Assembly: GCA_026392355.1 (NCBI GenBank)
Contig: JAPLCF010000041.1
Location: forward strand, 76,716-140,715
From: Actinomycetota bacterium
Lineage (GTDB): Bacteria; Actinomycetota; Thermoleophilia; Gaiellales; F1-60-MAGs149
Reading direction: 5' to 3'
DNA length: 64,000 nucleotides
Under the pieces are notes generated by a model. The model was not told the DNA's origin and searched no databases. It worked only from the letters and a program-made list of their open reading frames with translations. The translations under genes and the position numbers were made by a program. Below, piece by piece: positions 39,200-51,433 of the stretch. The number at the start of each line of letters is the position of its first letter. Position 1 is the stretch's first letter.

Positions 39200-40153
39200 A
39201 TGCTTGAATTCCAGATGCCGCAGATCACCCACGAGGAGGTCTCCGCGACCGAGGGCGTTTTCGTCGTCGAGCCGCTCGAGCGTGGTTTCGGTTACACGTT
39301 CGGCAATTCGCTTCGTCGCGTCCTGCTTTCCTCGCTTGAGGGTGCAGCCGTTACGAGCGTCCGCATTGAGGGCGCGCAGCACGAGTTCACGACGGTGCCC
39401 GGTGTCCGCGAGGACGTCACGGACATCATCCTGAACCTCAAGGGCCTCGTCCTGCAGATGGAGGGCGACGCGCCCGAGATCGAGGCCGACATCGTCAAGT
39501 CCGGTCCCGGTGTCGTCACCGCTGCCGACATCGCTGTCGCCGGTCCCGTCGAGATCCTCAACAAGGACCTTGTGATCTGCAACCTCGCCGCCAAGTCGAA
39601 GCTGGAGATGTCGCTGACCATCGGTCGTGGCCGCGGCTACGTGCCGGCCAGCGAGAACAAGGACTTCGAGTCCACGATCGGCGTCATTCCGGTCGACTCG
39701 ATCTTCTCGCCCGTCCGCCGTGTGACCTACACGGTCGAGCCGGCGCGCGTTGGTTCTGACACCGACTTCGACAAGCTGACGCTCCATGTGAAGACGAACG
39801 GCGCGCTTGATCCCAAGGAGGCCGTCACGGCTGCCGCGGAGATCCTGATTCGCCAGCTCAACATCTTCGCCAACATGGACACCGCCGAGCTGGCCCGCAG
39901 CCTTGAGCGTGCGGTCCCCGAGTTCGACGTCGCACCGACCAACGGCATGGAGCACATCCTCATCGAGGAGCTCGAGCTGGGTGTTCGCTCGTACAACTGC
40001 CTCAAGCGCGTTGGCATCGAGACGGTTGGCGACCTCGTCGCCAAGTCGGACCGCGATCTGGCTGCGATCCCGAACTTCGGGCGCAAGTCGATCGACGAGA
40101 TCCGCGCCGCCCTTGGTGCTCACGGCCTGCGCCTGCGCGGAGACGAGGGCTAG
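39200..40153 (+). CDS. rpoA: DNA-directed RNA polymerase subunit alpha
   Basis: ATG 39200 (MLEFQMPQI...) matches the usual ML..Q.P N-terminus. The track start is GTG 39188, 4 codons upstream. Contains [11 protein letters not shown] and the C-terminal domain. Confidence 0.93.
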   Translation: MLEFQMPQITHEEVSATEGVFVVEPLERGFGYTFGNSLRRVLLSSLEGAAVTSVRIEGAQHEFTTVPGVREDVTDIILNLKGLVLQMEGDAPEIEADIVKSGPGVVTAADIAVAGPVEILNKDLVICNLAAKSKLEMSLTIGRGRGYVPASENKDFESTIGVIPVDSIFSPVRRVTYTVEPARVGSDTDFDKLTLHVKTNGALDPKEAVTAAAEILIRQLNIFANMDTAELARSLERAVPEFDVAPTNGMEHILIEELELGVRSYNCLKRVGIETVGDLVAKSDRDLAAIPNFGRKSIDEIRAALGAHGLRLRGDEG

Positions 40154-40155
40154 CA

Positions 40156-40509
40156 ATGCGGCACCAGCGCAAGGGACGCACCCTGGGTCGCGATTCGGCC
40201 CATCGCAAGGCGCTCTTCTCGAACCTGACCGGTTCGCTGGTCGAGCATGGTCGCATCACGACTACGCTCGCCAAGGCCAAGGAAGTCCGCCCGATTGCCG
40301 AGAAGATGGTCACGCTCGGCAAGCGCGGCGACCTGCACGCTCGCCGTCAGGCGAAGGCGTACCTCCGCAGCGGCGACGTCGTGCACGCGCTGTTCACGGA
40401 TATCGCGCCGCGCTTCACCGAGCGTCAGGGTGGCTACACGCGGATCGTCAAGCTCGGCCCGCGCTCCGGGGATAACGCCGAGATGGCGATCCTCGAGTGG
40501 GTCGACTGA
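40156..40509 (+). CDS. rplQ: 50S ribosomal protein L17
   Basis: 117 aa: [20 protein letters not shown]... Confidence 0.96.
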   Translation: MRHQRKGRTLGRDSAHRKALFSNLTGSLVEHGRITTTLAKAKEVRPIAEKMVTLGKRGDLHARRQAKAYLRSGDVVHALFTDIAPRFTERQGGYTRIVKLGPRSGDNAEMAILEWVD

Positions 40510-40523
40510 GCACCGAGCGTTCG

Positions 40524-40970
40524 ATGAGCGCCAGCGACCGTATCTCGGCAGGTCCGGTCACCATCCCGCGTATTCCCGGCTGGGAAGATCGCACCGTGCT
40601 CACGCTCGTCGGTCCGGCCACGGAGGGCGCACAACCAAACGTTGTCGTCACGCGCGAGGCGCTGTGCAACAACATGGGACTCGGCGGCTTCTCGAGTGGA
40701 TGGGTGCAGAAGCTTGCGGACCAGGTTCCGGTGCAGGAGACGAAGGGCATCGAGCACATCGAGATCTCCGGGTCGCCCGCACACCTGCGCGTCGTCGAGT
40801 GGGAGGCAGCCGGCCTTCGCCTGCGGCAGATGGTCGGTCTCACCACCGTCGCGGGTGATGGCTACGCGATCATCTGCACCGTGCCGTCGGCGATCTATGA
40901 CGACCTCGAGGATCAGCTGCGTGCGGTCATCGAGGGTACGCAGATCGACGCCGCTGCGGTCGACGCCTAG
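40524..40970 (+). CDS. Hypothetical protein (pattern reminiscent of DcrB/DUF1795-like domains)
   Basis: High third-position GC. The start is uncertain (ATG 40524 or GTG 40497). The family assignment is only a weak impression. Confidence 0.45.
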   Translation: MSASDRISAGPVTIPRIPGWEDRTVLTLVGPATEGAQPNVVVTREALCNNMGLGGFSSGWVQKLADQVPVQETKGIEHIEISGSPAHLRVVEWEAAGLRLRQMVGLTTVAGDGYAIICTVPSAIYDDLEDQLRAVIEGTQIDAAAVDA

Positions 40971-40979
40971 GCGACTGCG

Positions 40980-41432
40980 ATGAGCGTGCCTGGCGGCGGC
41001 CCGAGCCTGATTGCGCACGGCATGCCGGGGCAGAATGCGCCTGCTGGCGGCCGGGGTTCGGTCGTCCTGTTCTTCGCGCGCGTGCTCACCGGCGTCGCAG
41101 TCATCGCCGTTGCGCTCCTCAACGCTCGGGGGCATGCGGCGATTGTTCGCCACGCGGCAGAGTGGTCGCTCCCCGCGCCGGGCATCACCGTCTGGCTCGG
41201 CACGGTGCTCCTCCTGCTCATGGGCATCGGACTCCTGCTCGGGCTTGCCAGTCGACTCTGCGCGCTCATCCTGCTGCTGGTCGCGCTCGCGATCGTGGCA
41301 ACTGCCGGCCGCGTGGATGGCGGCGTACCACTTTTCGGCGGCGCACTGTTCGCCATTGGCTGCCTCCTCGTCATCGCGCGGGGCGGTGGTGCGCACCAGC
41401 TGCTCGACCGGGTTGATCCGCGCACATGGTGA
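40980..41432 (+). CDS. DoxX-like small integral membrane protein
   Basis: 150 aa with four predicted hydrophobic helices. The size and pattern resemble the DoxX family. Confidence 0.5.
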   Translation: MSVPGGGPSLIAHGMPGQNAPAGGRGSVVLFFARVLTGVAVIAVALLNARGHAAIVRHAAEWSLPAPGITVWLGTVLLLLMGIGLLLGLASRLCALILLLVALAIVATAGRVDGGVPLFGGALFAIGCLLVIARGGGAHQLLDRVDPRTW

Positions 41433-42166
41433 ACACGCGACTGCACGTCGCCTACGACGGCTCGGCCTTCAACGGCTGGGCCTTCCAGCCGGGGGCTCGA
41501 ACGGTCGAAGGGGAGATGGCGCGGGCCATCGACGCCCTGCACGAGACACGCGGCGACATCGTCGTCGCGGGACGCACCGACGCTGGCGTGCACGCCACCG
41601 GCCAGGTCGTCAGCGTCATGCGTGAGGGCGGGCCGCCGACGGCATCGCTGCAGCGTGCGCTGAACGACCTCTTGCCGGCCGACGTTGCCGTGGTCGGCGC
41701 CGACGATGTCTCTCAGGACTTCAGCGCACGCTTCTCCGCGAAGGCGCGCTCGTATACGTACGACGTGCGCCTCGGACCATTGCGCGACCCGCTGCGGTGC
41801 TTACGCGAACTCCACGAGCCCCGCCGCCTCGACCGCACGCTCCTCGATCGTTTCGCCGCCGAGCTGATCGGCTCACACGACTTCACAGCCTTCACGCCCG
41901 CCGAGACCGAGCACCGCACGTTCACTCGCACGATCCTGGCAGCGCAGTGGGTGGACACGGACGCGGGACTGCAGTTCCGCGTCACTGCCAATGCCTTCCT
42001 GCGTCACATGGTGCGTACCCTCGTCGGGACGATGATCGTCACGGCGCGTGGCGACAGTGGCAAGAACCCCGACGACTTTGCGTGCCTGCTAGACGGGCGT
42101 CCGCGCGAAGAGGCGGGCTGGACGGCGCCGCCGCACGGCCTCTGCCTCGTACGTGTCGACTACTGA
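41426..42166 (+). CDS. truA: tRNA pseudouridine(38-40) synthase TruA
   Basis: 246 aa with [14 protein letters not shown] and catalytic [13 protein letters not shown]. Confidence 0.93.
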   Translation: MVNTRLHVAYDGSAFNGWAFQPGARTVEGEMARAIDALHETRGDIVVAGRTDAGVHATGQVVSVMREGGPPTASLQRALNDLLPADVAVVGADDVSQDFSARFSAKARSYTYDVRLGPLRDPLRCLRELHEPRRLDRTLLDRFAAELIGSHDFTAFTPAETEHRTFTRTILAAQWVDTDAGLQFRVTANAFLRHMVRTLVGTMIVTARGDSGKNPDDFACLLDGRPREEAGWTAPPHGLCLVRVDY

Positions 42167-42177
42167 GGCAGCGATCG

Positions 42178-43254
42178 TCAGACGTACCAGAAGGCGAGTG
42201 CGGCGATCGCATAGATCGCCAGCAACTGGAGGCCTTCGAGCCACGTCGCCTTGCCGCTGATCGCGATGAACGCCGCGAGTACCGAGGCGGCGATCAGGAC
42301 GGACATCTCGAGCGCTCCGAACGACAGCGTCAGCTCGTGGCCGAACGCAAAGCCGGCGGCGATCGCGACCGCCGTGACGGCCAGCGCCACCTGCAACGCA
42401 GAGTTGAACGAGATCCCCATTGCGAAGTCGAGATCGCCCTTCGCGGCGATCTTCACCGCCGCGAAGTGCTCGGCGACATTGCCGACGATCGGGACGATGA
42501 TCAGGCCGATGAAGATGGGGGAGATGCCGGTCGACTCGATCGTCGGCTCGATGGCGCTGACGAGAAATTCCGAGAGGAAGCCCGTCACGACCGCCGAGAT
42601 GACCAGCACGATCAGGGATAGGCGCGGCGTCCAGCGGGCGGTACCCTCCGACGCGCCCGACTCGTCCGGCGAGCGGAACGCGTGGAAGAGGTACGCGGCG
42701 TACAGCAGTGCCATCACGATCGCCACACCATGGGAGACGCCGATCTCGGCGGACGGATCGTCCTTCATCACGAACGAGAACAGCGTGGGGATCGCCAGCG
42801 CGGTCGTCGCGAGCAGGAGCATCGTCGCGTTGACGCCCGCGATCGTGGCGTTGAAGCCCTGGCGACCATGCTTAATGCCCGACACCAGCAGTGAGGCGCC
42901 GAGGATCAAAAGGACGTTGCCGAGCACGGAACCGATGATCGAGTAGCGCGCGACGTCGATCAGCTCGCCGCCCTGGCGAATCGCGAGCACGACGATGATC
43001 AGCTCGGCCGCATTGCCGAACGTCGCGTTGAGGAGCGCGGAGATGCGCGGTCCGGCCGCCTCGCCCGCCTGTTCTGTCGCCACTCCGAGCACGTGTGCCA
43101 TGCCCGCGACGGCGACGCCGCTGATGACGAAGATCAGGACGGCGTTGGCATGGGCGAAGTGGAGCGCAAACGCCAGCACCGCGATCCCTGCAATGACAGC
43201 AAACTGGATGCCCTCCGAGCGGTTGATGCCGCTCTGCTGTCCATGCGCCGTCAC
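42178..43254 (-). CDS. CaCA-family cation:proton antiporter (ChaA-like)
   Basis: Two alpha-repeat motifs (GNAAELII and GNVAEHF) and about 11 TM helices. The start is uncertain: GTG 43254, ATG 43293, or the track start at 43440, which overlaps surE. Confidence 0.8.
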   Translation of the reverse strand: MTAHGQQSGINRSEGIQFAVIAGIAVLAFALHFAHANAVLIFVISGVAVAGMAHVLGVATEQAGEAAGPRISALLNATFGNAAELIIVVLAIRQGGELIDVARYSIIGSVLGNVLLILGASLLVSGIKHGRQGFNATIAGVNATMLLLATTALAIPTLFSFVMKDDPSAEIGVSHGVAIVMALLYAAYLFHAFRSPDESGASEGTARWTPRLSLIVLVISAVVTGFLSEFLVSAIEPTIESTGISPIFIGLIIVPIVGNVAEHFAAVKIAAKGDLDFAMGISFNSALQVALAVTAVAIAAGFAFGHELTLSFGALEMSVLIAASVLAAFIAISGKATWLEGLQLLAIYAIAALAFWYV

Positions 43255-43291
43255 GCGTGCAGCATACGCGGAGCGGTATCGTAGGCTCCGC

Positions 43292-44077
43292 ATGCGCGTG
43301 CTCCTGACGAACGACGACGGCATCGATTCGCCGGGACTCCACGCTCTGGCGCGCGCGCTGGCAACGGTGGCGGACGTGATGGTCGTTGCGCCGGCCAAAA
43401 ACCAGAGTGCCGTGGCGCGCAGCATCACGATCCGTGGCACCCTCGAGATCGAGGAGCGAGAGGTGGAGGGCGCTATGGCCGCCTACGCCGTCAGTGGTAC
43501 GCCCGTCGATTGCGTGCGCTTCGCCGAGGCGACCGAGCCGGGCTCGTCCTTCGACCTCGTCGTCGCCGGCGCCAACCTGGGCCTCAACCTTGGCGATGAC
43601 GTCACCTACTCCGGCACCGTCGCCGCCGCCATGGAGGGCGTGCTGCTCGGCACACCGGGACTCGCTGTCTCCCAGCAGTCCACGGGCGGCGAACTCCATC
43701 ACACGCGCGACGGCCAGTACGAGTTCGCAACGGCCGAGAGCATCGTGCCCCGTCTCGCCCAGTTGCTCGCCGCCGGCGACCTCGGCCGCGACGTACTACT
43801 CAACGTCAACTGCCCGACCGGGACACCACAGGGCATCCGCGTCTGCAAGCTCGGCCGCCGCATCTGGGCCGACCAGATCGAGCTCGCCGAGGAGCACGAG
43901 GGCAAGCGCCGCTTCCGGCTCTATTCCGGCGATGCCGACTACCACCGTGCGCCCGGCACCGATTTCGAGGCGATTTCGGAGAGCTGCGTTGCGCTCACCG
44001 CCTTGCACGTTGACCTCGAGCATCCCAACAGCGCGGTGCTCCTCAGCGGCGTACAGGGGCTGCTGGAAGGGCTGTGA
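43292..44077 (+). CDS. surE: 5'/3'-nucleotidase SurE
   Basis: Canonical N-terminus MRVLLTNDDGIDSPG at ATG 43292. 261 aa. Confidence 0.92.
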   Translation: MRVLLTNDDGIDSPGLHALARALATVADVMVVAPAKNQSAVARSITIRGTLEIEEREVEGAMAAYAVSGTPVDCVRFAEATEPGSSFDLVVAGANLGLNLGDDVTYSGTVAAAMEGVLLGTPGLAVSQQSTGGELHHTRDGQYEFATAESIVPRLAQLLAAGDLGRDVLLNVNCPTGTPQGIRVCKLGRRIWADQIELAEEHEGKRRFRLYSGDADYHRAPGTDFEAISESCVALTALHVDLEHPNSAVLLSGVQGLLEGL

Positions 44078-44085
44078 CGAGAGCG

Positions 44086-45840
44086 TCAGATCGCGGCGGT
44101 CGCGACCGGTGGCGCGATCGCGACGACCACCTCCAGCACAGACCCTGAGCCGGACGTACGCGGCGTCAGCGTCCACGGCATCGTGCTTGCCTGATTGAAG
44201 ATCGTCGAGCCGAGCCCGGGGGAGCCGCCGGCGGGTCCGCCCCCGTCATCGACGAACGTGAGGGTGACGTTTCCGTCGTCACGCGGTGTGAGGGTGATCA
44301 CGACGGCCGTTGCGGAGCCGTGGCGCATCGCGTTGGCAACGCCCTCCTCGATGATCGTGCAGATCTCGGTGATGCGCGACGCGGGGATCGACGGGAGCGG
44401 CTGCAGGGTCTCCACGGTGATCGTGGCAATGCCTTGCCAGAGCGCCGTCGCCTGCGCAATCGCGGACGACAGGTCTGTTGCCGGCGGCGGCAAGAGCTCG
44501 GGCATCAGGAGCGCATCGCGCGCCTGCTCGAGGGCGCGGTCAAACCCCACCGGGTCCCCGATGCGTTCGGCCTGCTCGATCGCGAGAGCCGAGGCAAGCA
44601 GGCGCGACTGCACCGTGCCGTGCACGTAGCGCGCAAGGGTGCGGCTGGCCCGGACCAGCTCCCGGTTGCGAGCCCGTGCCTCGGTCTCGGTGGCGTCAAT
44701 GGTTGCGTGGAGACGGTCGATGATCGTCTCCTGCGATAGCTGCGACGCCATGGCGGCATTGACCAGCACGACGACCAGGAGCGAGACGATCACGACGAAG
44801 CTGACGGAGCGGCCAGTTATCTGGCCTGCGATAGAGGCGTGGAAGATCTCGGCGCGCAGGAGCGAGATGGCGGCGGTAGAGATCACGGCCAGCGGGATCG
44901 CAGCGGCTGCAATACCACCGACGCGGCGGCCCACAGCAACGATCGCGGCGAGAGATAGCCAGACGGCACCAAGCTGGATGGCCATGGTGCCCAGTACGAG
45001 CAGGAGTGTCGTGAGGGCACCGTCGAACCCGTCTTCGGTGCGACGCAGGTAGACCACCGACGTGCCGGCGACGAGCGCCGAAGCAGCCGCGGTCTCGCGC
45101 GGCCAGAGCGGATGCGCGCGCACCGTGGCTATCAGCACCTGCAGGAAGCGCGTCTCCGGCGCAGCCGGCGCTGTCTCGATCGCCTGAAGCCGGTGGCTCA
45201 GCGAACGCAGCGGCCCGATCGCCGTGGCCCGCAGCGCGTCGGCCACAGCGAGGCGGTCATCCGGTGACTGCACGGCTGGTGCCACCTCCATCTGTTGGCG
45301 GGCCGTGTGCGTCGCAGTCAGGACGTCGGCGAGGAGCGCGTGATCAATCGCCTCGCCGAGCGCGTCCTGCTGCAGCTGCTGGTGGCGAAGGTCAACCAGC
45401 GTCGCCATCAGCTCCGCCTGAAGCCGTCGATGCGTCACAACCGACTCGGTCACAGCGTTCATCACGAGGATCGTGAGCGCCGTCGCAACCGTGGTTGCCA
45501 GCAGCTGCGATCCGGCAGCGAAGCCGCTCTCTACGCTGCCGGGGTTCGCAATCGGCATGAAGGCAGCGGTGCGTGCGAGTGCCACGCCGATGGCGAGGAG
45601 GATGGTTGCGCGTAGACGGAGGTCACGATCGGTCGGGCGGAACCGCCGGATCAGCAGGAAGACCGCACCCGTCAAGCAGGTCATCGCCAAGATCGCGAGT
45701 CCGCTGCGGGTGGCGCCGCTCCCGGTCGTCACATCCGTGTCGGAGGCCAGCAACAGTGCGGCCAGCGAAGTTGCCCACACGACGATCCAAACCGGCAGCG
45801 AGAACGCAGCAGGGCCGCCGAGCCTACGCCGCAGCGTCAC
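44086..45840 (-). CDS. Multi-TM sensor histidine kinase (HisKA_3/NarX-LiaS type)
   Basis: 584 aa. A long polytopic N-terminal part. The phospho-acceptor region is around RELVRASRTLARYVHGTVQSRL. The C-terminal HATPase has EGVANAMRHG and DDGGG. Confidence 0.8.
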   Translation of the reverse strand: MTLRRRLGGPAAFSLPVWIVVWATSLAALLLASDTDVTTGSGATRSGLAILAMTCLTGAVFLLIRRFRPTDRDLRLRATILLAIGVALARTAAFMPIANPGSVESGFAAGSQLLATTVATALTILVMNAVTESVVTHRRLQAELMATLVDLRHQQLQQDALGEAIDHALLADVLTATHTARQQMEVAPAVQSPDDRLAVADALRATAIGPLRSLSHRLQAIETAPAAPETRFLQVLIATVRAHPLWPRETAAASALVAGTSVVYLRRTEDGFDGALTTLLLVLGTMAIQLGAVWLSLAAIVAVGRRVGGIAAAAIPLAVISTAAISLLRAEIFHASIAGQITGRSVSFVVIVSLLVVVLVNAAMASQLSQETIIDRLHATIDATETEARARNRELVRASRTLARYVHGTVQSRLLASALAIEQAERIGDPVGFDRALEQARDALLMPELLPPPATDLSSAIAQATALWQGIATITVETLQPLPSIPASRITEICTIIEEGVANAMRHGSATAVVITLTPRDDGNVTLTFVDDGGGPAGGSPGLGSTIFNQASTMPWTLTPRTSGSGSVLEVVVAIAPPVATAAI

Positions 45841-45843
45841 CCG

Positions 45844-46512
45844 CTACACCTCGTCGCGCACGGGAGCACCCGTCAGGTTGAGATACGCGCGTGTGATCTG
45901 GACCCGGAGGTTCTGATCCGACGTGCTTGCGATGCCAAGCTGCCGAGCCGTCCGGTGCACCAGTTTCTCGATCGCGCCCTCCGTGACCACGCGTTCGCGC
46001 GCGATCGACGCATTCGAGTGGCCTTCTGCGACAAGACGCATGACCTCGATCTGGACCTCAGTCAGCCCCGCCGTCGTTCCGACGGCGCCGACCGATCGCG
46101 GCGAGACGGGCGACACAGTGCCGACGCGCTCCCGCGCGGTTCGGAGTGCCTGCGGCAGGGCATCGCTGTCACTCAGCTCGCGCTTGACGAGATAGATGAC
46201 GTCATCAGGCAACGTGTCGTAGCTCTTGCGAACGAGACGCGGATCCTCGTACGTCGTGAGGATCACGATGCCTATGCCCGGATGCTCGCGGCGCAGCGCC
46301 CGCGCAAGGTCGATGCCGCTCGGACCGCCACCGAGGTCCAGGTCAAGCAGGGCTACATCCGGAGGATCGTTTGCGGCGATCGCAATCGCGTCCGACGCAG
46401 TCCCCGCATCACCAACGATCGTGACGCCGTGAAAGCGCAGGGCATCACAGACAGTCGTCCGGGTGAACGTGTCGTCTTCGACAACAAGGACGCGGAGGTC
46501 GGTGAGGGGCAT
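45844..46512 (-). CDS. NarL/LuxR-family response regulator
   Basis: Receiver domain (RVLVVEDD...LLDLDLGGG) followed by a LuxR HTH (LTEVQIEVMRLVAEGHSNASIA). ATG 46512 is preferred; GTG 46530 is possible. Confidence 0.88.
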   Translation of the reverse strand: MPLTDLRVLVVEDDTFTRTTVCDALRFHGVTIVGDAGTASDAIAIAANDPPDVALLDLDLGGGPSGIDLARALRREHPGIGIVILTTYEDPRLVRKSYDTLPDDVIYLVKRELSDSDALPQALRTARERVGTVSPVSPRSVGAVGTTAGLTEVQIEVMRLVAEGHSNASIARERVVTEGAIEKLVHRTARQLGIASTSDQNLRVQITRAYLNLTGAPVRDEV

Positions 46513-46685
46513 GGTGGCTGCTTCCGTCACGGGCGCCGCGAGGCGGGCGACCGCTCACCAAGATGGTTGCAGGTACAACGCGTCAGCGGGAGGCACGTGA
46601 CGGTGTGTGCAGGTACCCCGACACCGGGGGTGTGGGAGGGAGAGGTAGAGAGTGGTGACGTGAGAGTGGGCCTTCCGCCTTGTGC

Positions 46686-47003
46686 GACCGCGTCTTCAAG
46701 GGGTCCCGCGGCGCGGGGATCTCTGAGCGAGTAATTCGTCATCGGTCCACGCGTTGGGCGTGGCGGACCGCTCCTAGGGCGACGTCTTCAGGGGAGCTGC
46801 GCTGCGCACAGCTCGCTGAAGAGTGACCCTTCAAGTTGGTGGCGCCTTCGGCGTTGCTCACTTGTGGGGGTGACGTCTTCAGGGGAGCTGCGCTGCGCAC
46901 AGCTCGCTGAAGAGTGACCCTTCAAGTTGGTGGCGCCTTCGGCGTCACCCACTTGTCACCGTGTCTCTCAGGGGAACCCCGCTGCGCGGGGATTCTCTGA
47001 GAG
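46686..47003. repeat. Array of four related GC-rich hairpins, including two tandem 91-bp repeats
   Basis: Hairpins lie at about 46691-46730, 46785-46822, 46876-46913 and 46963-47003. Units 46781-46871 and 46872-46962 are identical for about 70 nt. Confidence 0.85.
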
Positions 47004-47028
47004 CGGCTCGGAGTGGGATGATCCGCCG

Positions 47029-47589
47029 CTAGTCCTCATCTACCCACGCGTTGGGTGCACTGCTCTGTTCCTCTACTACGAGATCGAGTCGGGTAGGCGG
47101 CGGCAGATCATCCCGCTCCTCTCCATCAAACCGGTGCTCTCGCATGAGAACTTGGGCCACCCGGAGGCGGTCGATGGCGGAGGGGGCGGCGGCACCGAGG
47201 AGCTGGCCGTCGGCCAGCCAGTCGCAGATCTCGTCGAGGAGGTCGCACGAGGCGATCAGGCAGGCACCAGCAGAGAGGTCGGTCTGGTCGCCAATGGCCC
47301 GAGCCACGAGGGCGGCGGCGAGCTCGTCGCCTTCGTGGCGCAGCACGTCGCCGCGGCGAGTTTTCCACGCTGCGCCGGTGACGGGGGCGGCGAGCAGGCG
47401 GGCGGCCTGCGCCTGCGCCATCGCCAAGCGTGCCTGCGGACCACGCAGGCGCCCCTCGCGCAGCAGGCGCTCGACGCCCAGAACAAGCAGGAGACCAAAC
47501 GCAGTCCGGCGGCGGCCGCGCTCGATCACCGGCGAGGGCGCCGACCAGTAGATCTGGCGCTGCAGGGGAGTGAGAGACGAGTTTGCCAT
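47029..47589 (-). CDS. Hypothetical protein (acidic C-terminus)
   Basis: 186 aa from ATG 47589 with strong GC3 bias. The rest of the 354-aa track ORF overlaps the HAD gene on the other strand and is rejected. No family was recognised. Confidence 0.5.
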   Translation of the reverse strand: MANSSLTPLQRQIYWSAPSPVIERGRRRTAFGLLLVLGVERLLREGRLRGPQARLAMAQAQAARLLAAPVTGAAWKTRRGDVLRHEGDELAAALVARAIGDQTDLSAGACLIASCDLLDEICDWLADGQLLGAAAPSAIDRLRVAQVLMREHRFDGEERDDLPPPTRLDLVVEEQSSAPNAWVDED

Positions 47590-47664
47590 CAGGGAAAGAG
47601 TAGACCGATGTGCAGTGTCTTTCGATGGCGGAACGCCGTTGGATTGGCGCGCTACGTTGCGTAG

Positions 47665-50318
<2,654 letters not shown>

Positions 50319-50325
50319 TCGTCCG

Positions 50326-51414
50326 TCAGTCGTGCGCTGGCACGATGAAGCCGTCGGCGTCGATGCGCGCGCCGATCGCGGTCTCGGTGCCGAGTGGGCC
50401 AGTCGCGATGCCGGCCGGACCGCGCACCACGAGGCGTTCGTCCTCGATCGTCACCGTGTGCTCGGGCAGTGGCAGACCGTAGGCATCGAGGCGATGGCGA
50501 TGCGGCTGGTTGAGTGCCGCCGGCACGATCAGGCGCGGATCGCCGACGGCGTGGAGGACAGCGGTGCCACTGAGATGCAGCTGGCCGGAGAGGTCGGCAT
50601 CGACGAAGCCGTCGGGGACGATCAGGCAACGTGCCGGCGGAGCCGTGCTGTTGCGTCCGAGACGGCGCGCGAGACCGGCGAGGAAGCGCGGCCCGCTCGC
50701 TCCCGGCTCGGGCAGATCGGCGACGTCAGCGACTGAGGCGACGATCACGCCGGGGCGGATCATCGGCGCATCGCCAAGTTCGCCGATTGCGACGGGCGCG
50801 CCAGCCTCGATGGCGGCGAGCGCGAACGCCAGCAGCCACGGTGTGGCAAGCGGCACCGCGATCAGCACGGGCTCATCCGGTCGCAGCAGGTCGCCGACCT
50901 GCTGAAACGCCCGCATCGCAGCGTGGAGCTGTTCGAGCGTGAAGCCGGTGCCGTCGACACCGACCACGGCGACTTGTTCGTCGCGGCGCTGCGCAGTGCG
51001 CTCGGCGAGTGCGGTGGGGTGAAGCGCCGCGTGCAAGACGCCGTGGGCAGCGAGCCGCTCGAGCGAGCGACCGCCATCTGCCGTCGTTGCGCTCGGCACG
51101 GCTACCTGATCGATGCCGGCTTGCTGCGCGAGTGCCGCCGCCCGCACCGGCGTGGCGACGAGCGCGGCACCAAGCGGCTGTTGGGCCATGCCGAGTCGCA
51201 CCGTCATGCCGGCTTCGAGGGCGGCCACGGCGAACGTCAGTGCCTCGCTGGTCGTCGCGTGCTCCAGCGCCAGCACGCTCTCAGGCGCGCGCTCAAGCTC
51301 GAGCATCGCGTTGGCGAGTTCGCGCACGCGCACCTCGAAGAGCGGGCGGTCCAGCACACGCCAGAGTGCGCCACTGCGCGTCCAAAGGGCGGAGGAGGTG
51401 TGCTGCGCCTGCAT
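50326..51414 (-). CDS. Adenylate-forming enzyme-like protein with degenerate motifs
   Basis: 362 aa from ATG 51414. The overall pattern resembles the AMP-binding superfamily, but the canonical TSGTTG and C-terminal motifs are not evident. Confidence 0.35.
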   Translation of the reverse strand: MQAQHTSSALWTRSGALWRVLDRPLFEVRVRELANAMLELERAPESVLALEHATTSEALTFAVAALEAGMTVRLGMAQQPLGAALVATPVRAAALAQQAGIDQVAVPSATTADGGRSLERLAAHGVLHAALHPTALAERTAQRRDEQVAVVGVDGTGFTLEQLHAAMRAFQQVGDLLRPDEPVLIAVPLATPWLLAFALAAIEAGAPVAIGELGDAPMIRPGVIVASVADVADLPEPGASGPRFLAGLARRLGRNSTAPPARCLIVPDGFVDADLSGQLHLSGTAVLHAVGDPRLIVPAALNQPHRHRLDAYGLPLPEHTVTIEDERLVVRGPAGIATGPLGTETAIGARIDADGFIVPAHD

Positions 51415-51433
51415 GACCCCGCGAGGGTAGCCG

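Noticed and set aside
43254-43293. Apparent head-to-head overlap of the antiporter and surE at the palindromic GCATGC (ATG on both strands at 43291-43294).
   Set aside because: The antiporter more plausibly starts at GTG 43254, leaving a 37-nt divergent gap. The overlap depends on an unsupported start choice.
46527-46742. 71-aa minus-strand ORF (MTNYSLRDPRAAGP...) upstream of, and overlapping, the response-regulator start.
   Set aside because: It begins within hairpin H1 and its flank, has a Pro/Thr/Ser-rich non-protein-like composition and no RBS. It is likely leader or repeat sequence.
46686-47003. CRISPR-like appearance: ~38-bp palindromic repeats at ~90-bp spacing.
   Set aside because: Only four units are present, the repeats are not identical, two of the 'spacers' are identical to each other (a tandem duplication), and no cas genes are nearby.
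46927-47664. 245-aa +strand ORF across the hairpin array and opposite the hypothetical gene.
   Set aside because: It starts inside the repeat array. Its composition is non-protein-like (runs of G, R and A). It overlaps a minus-strand ORF with better codon bias.
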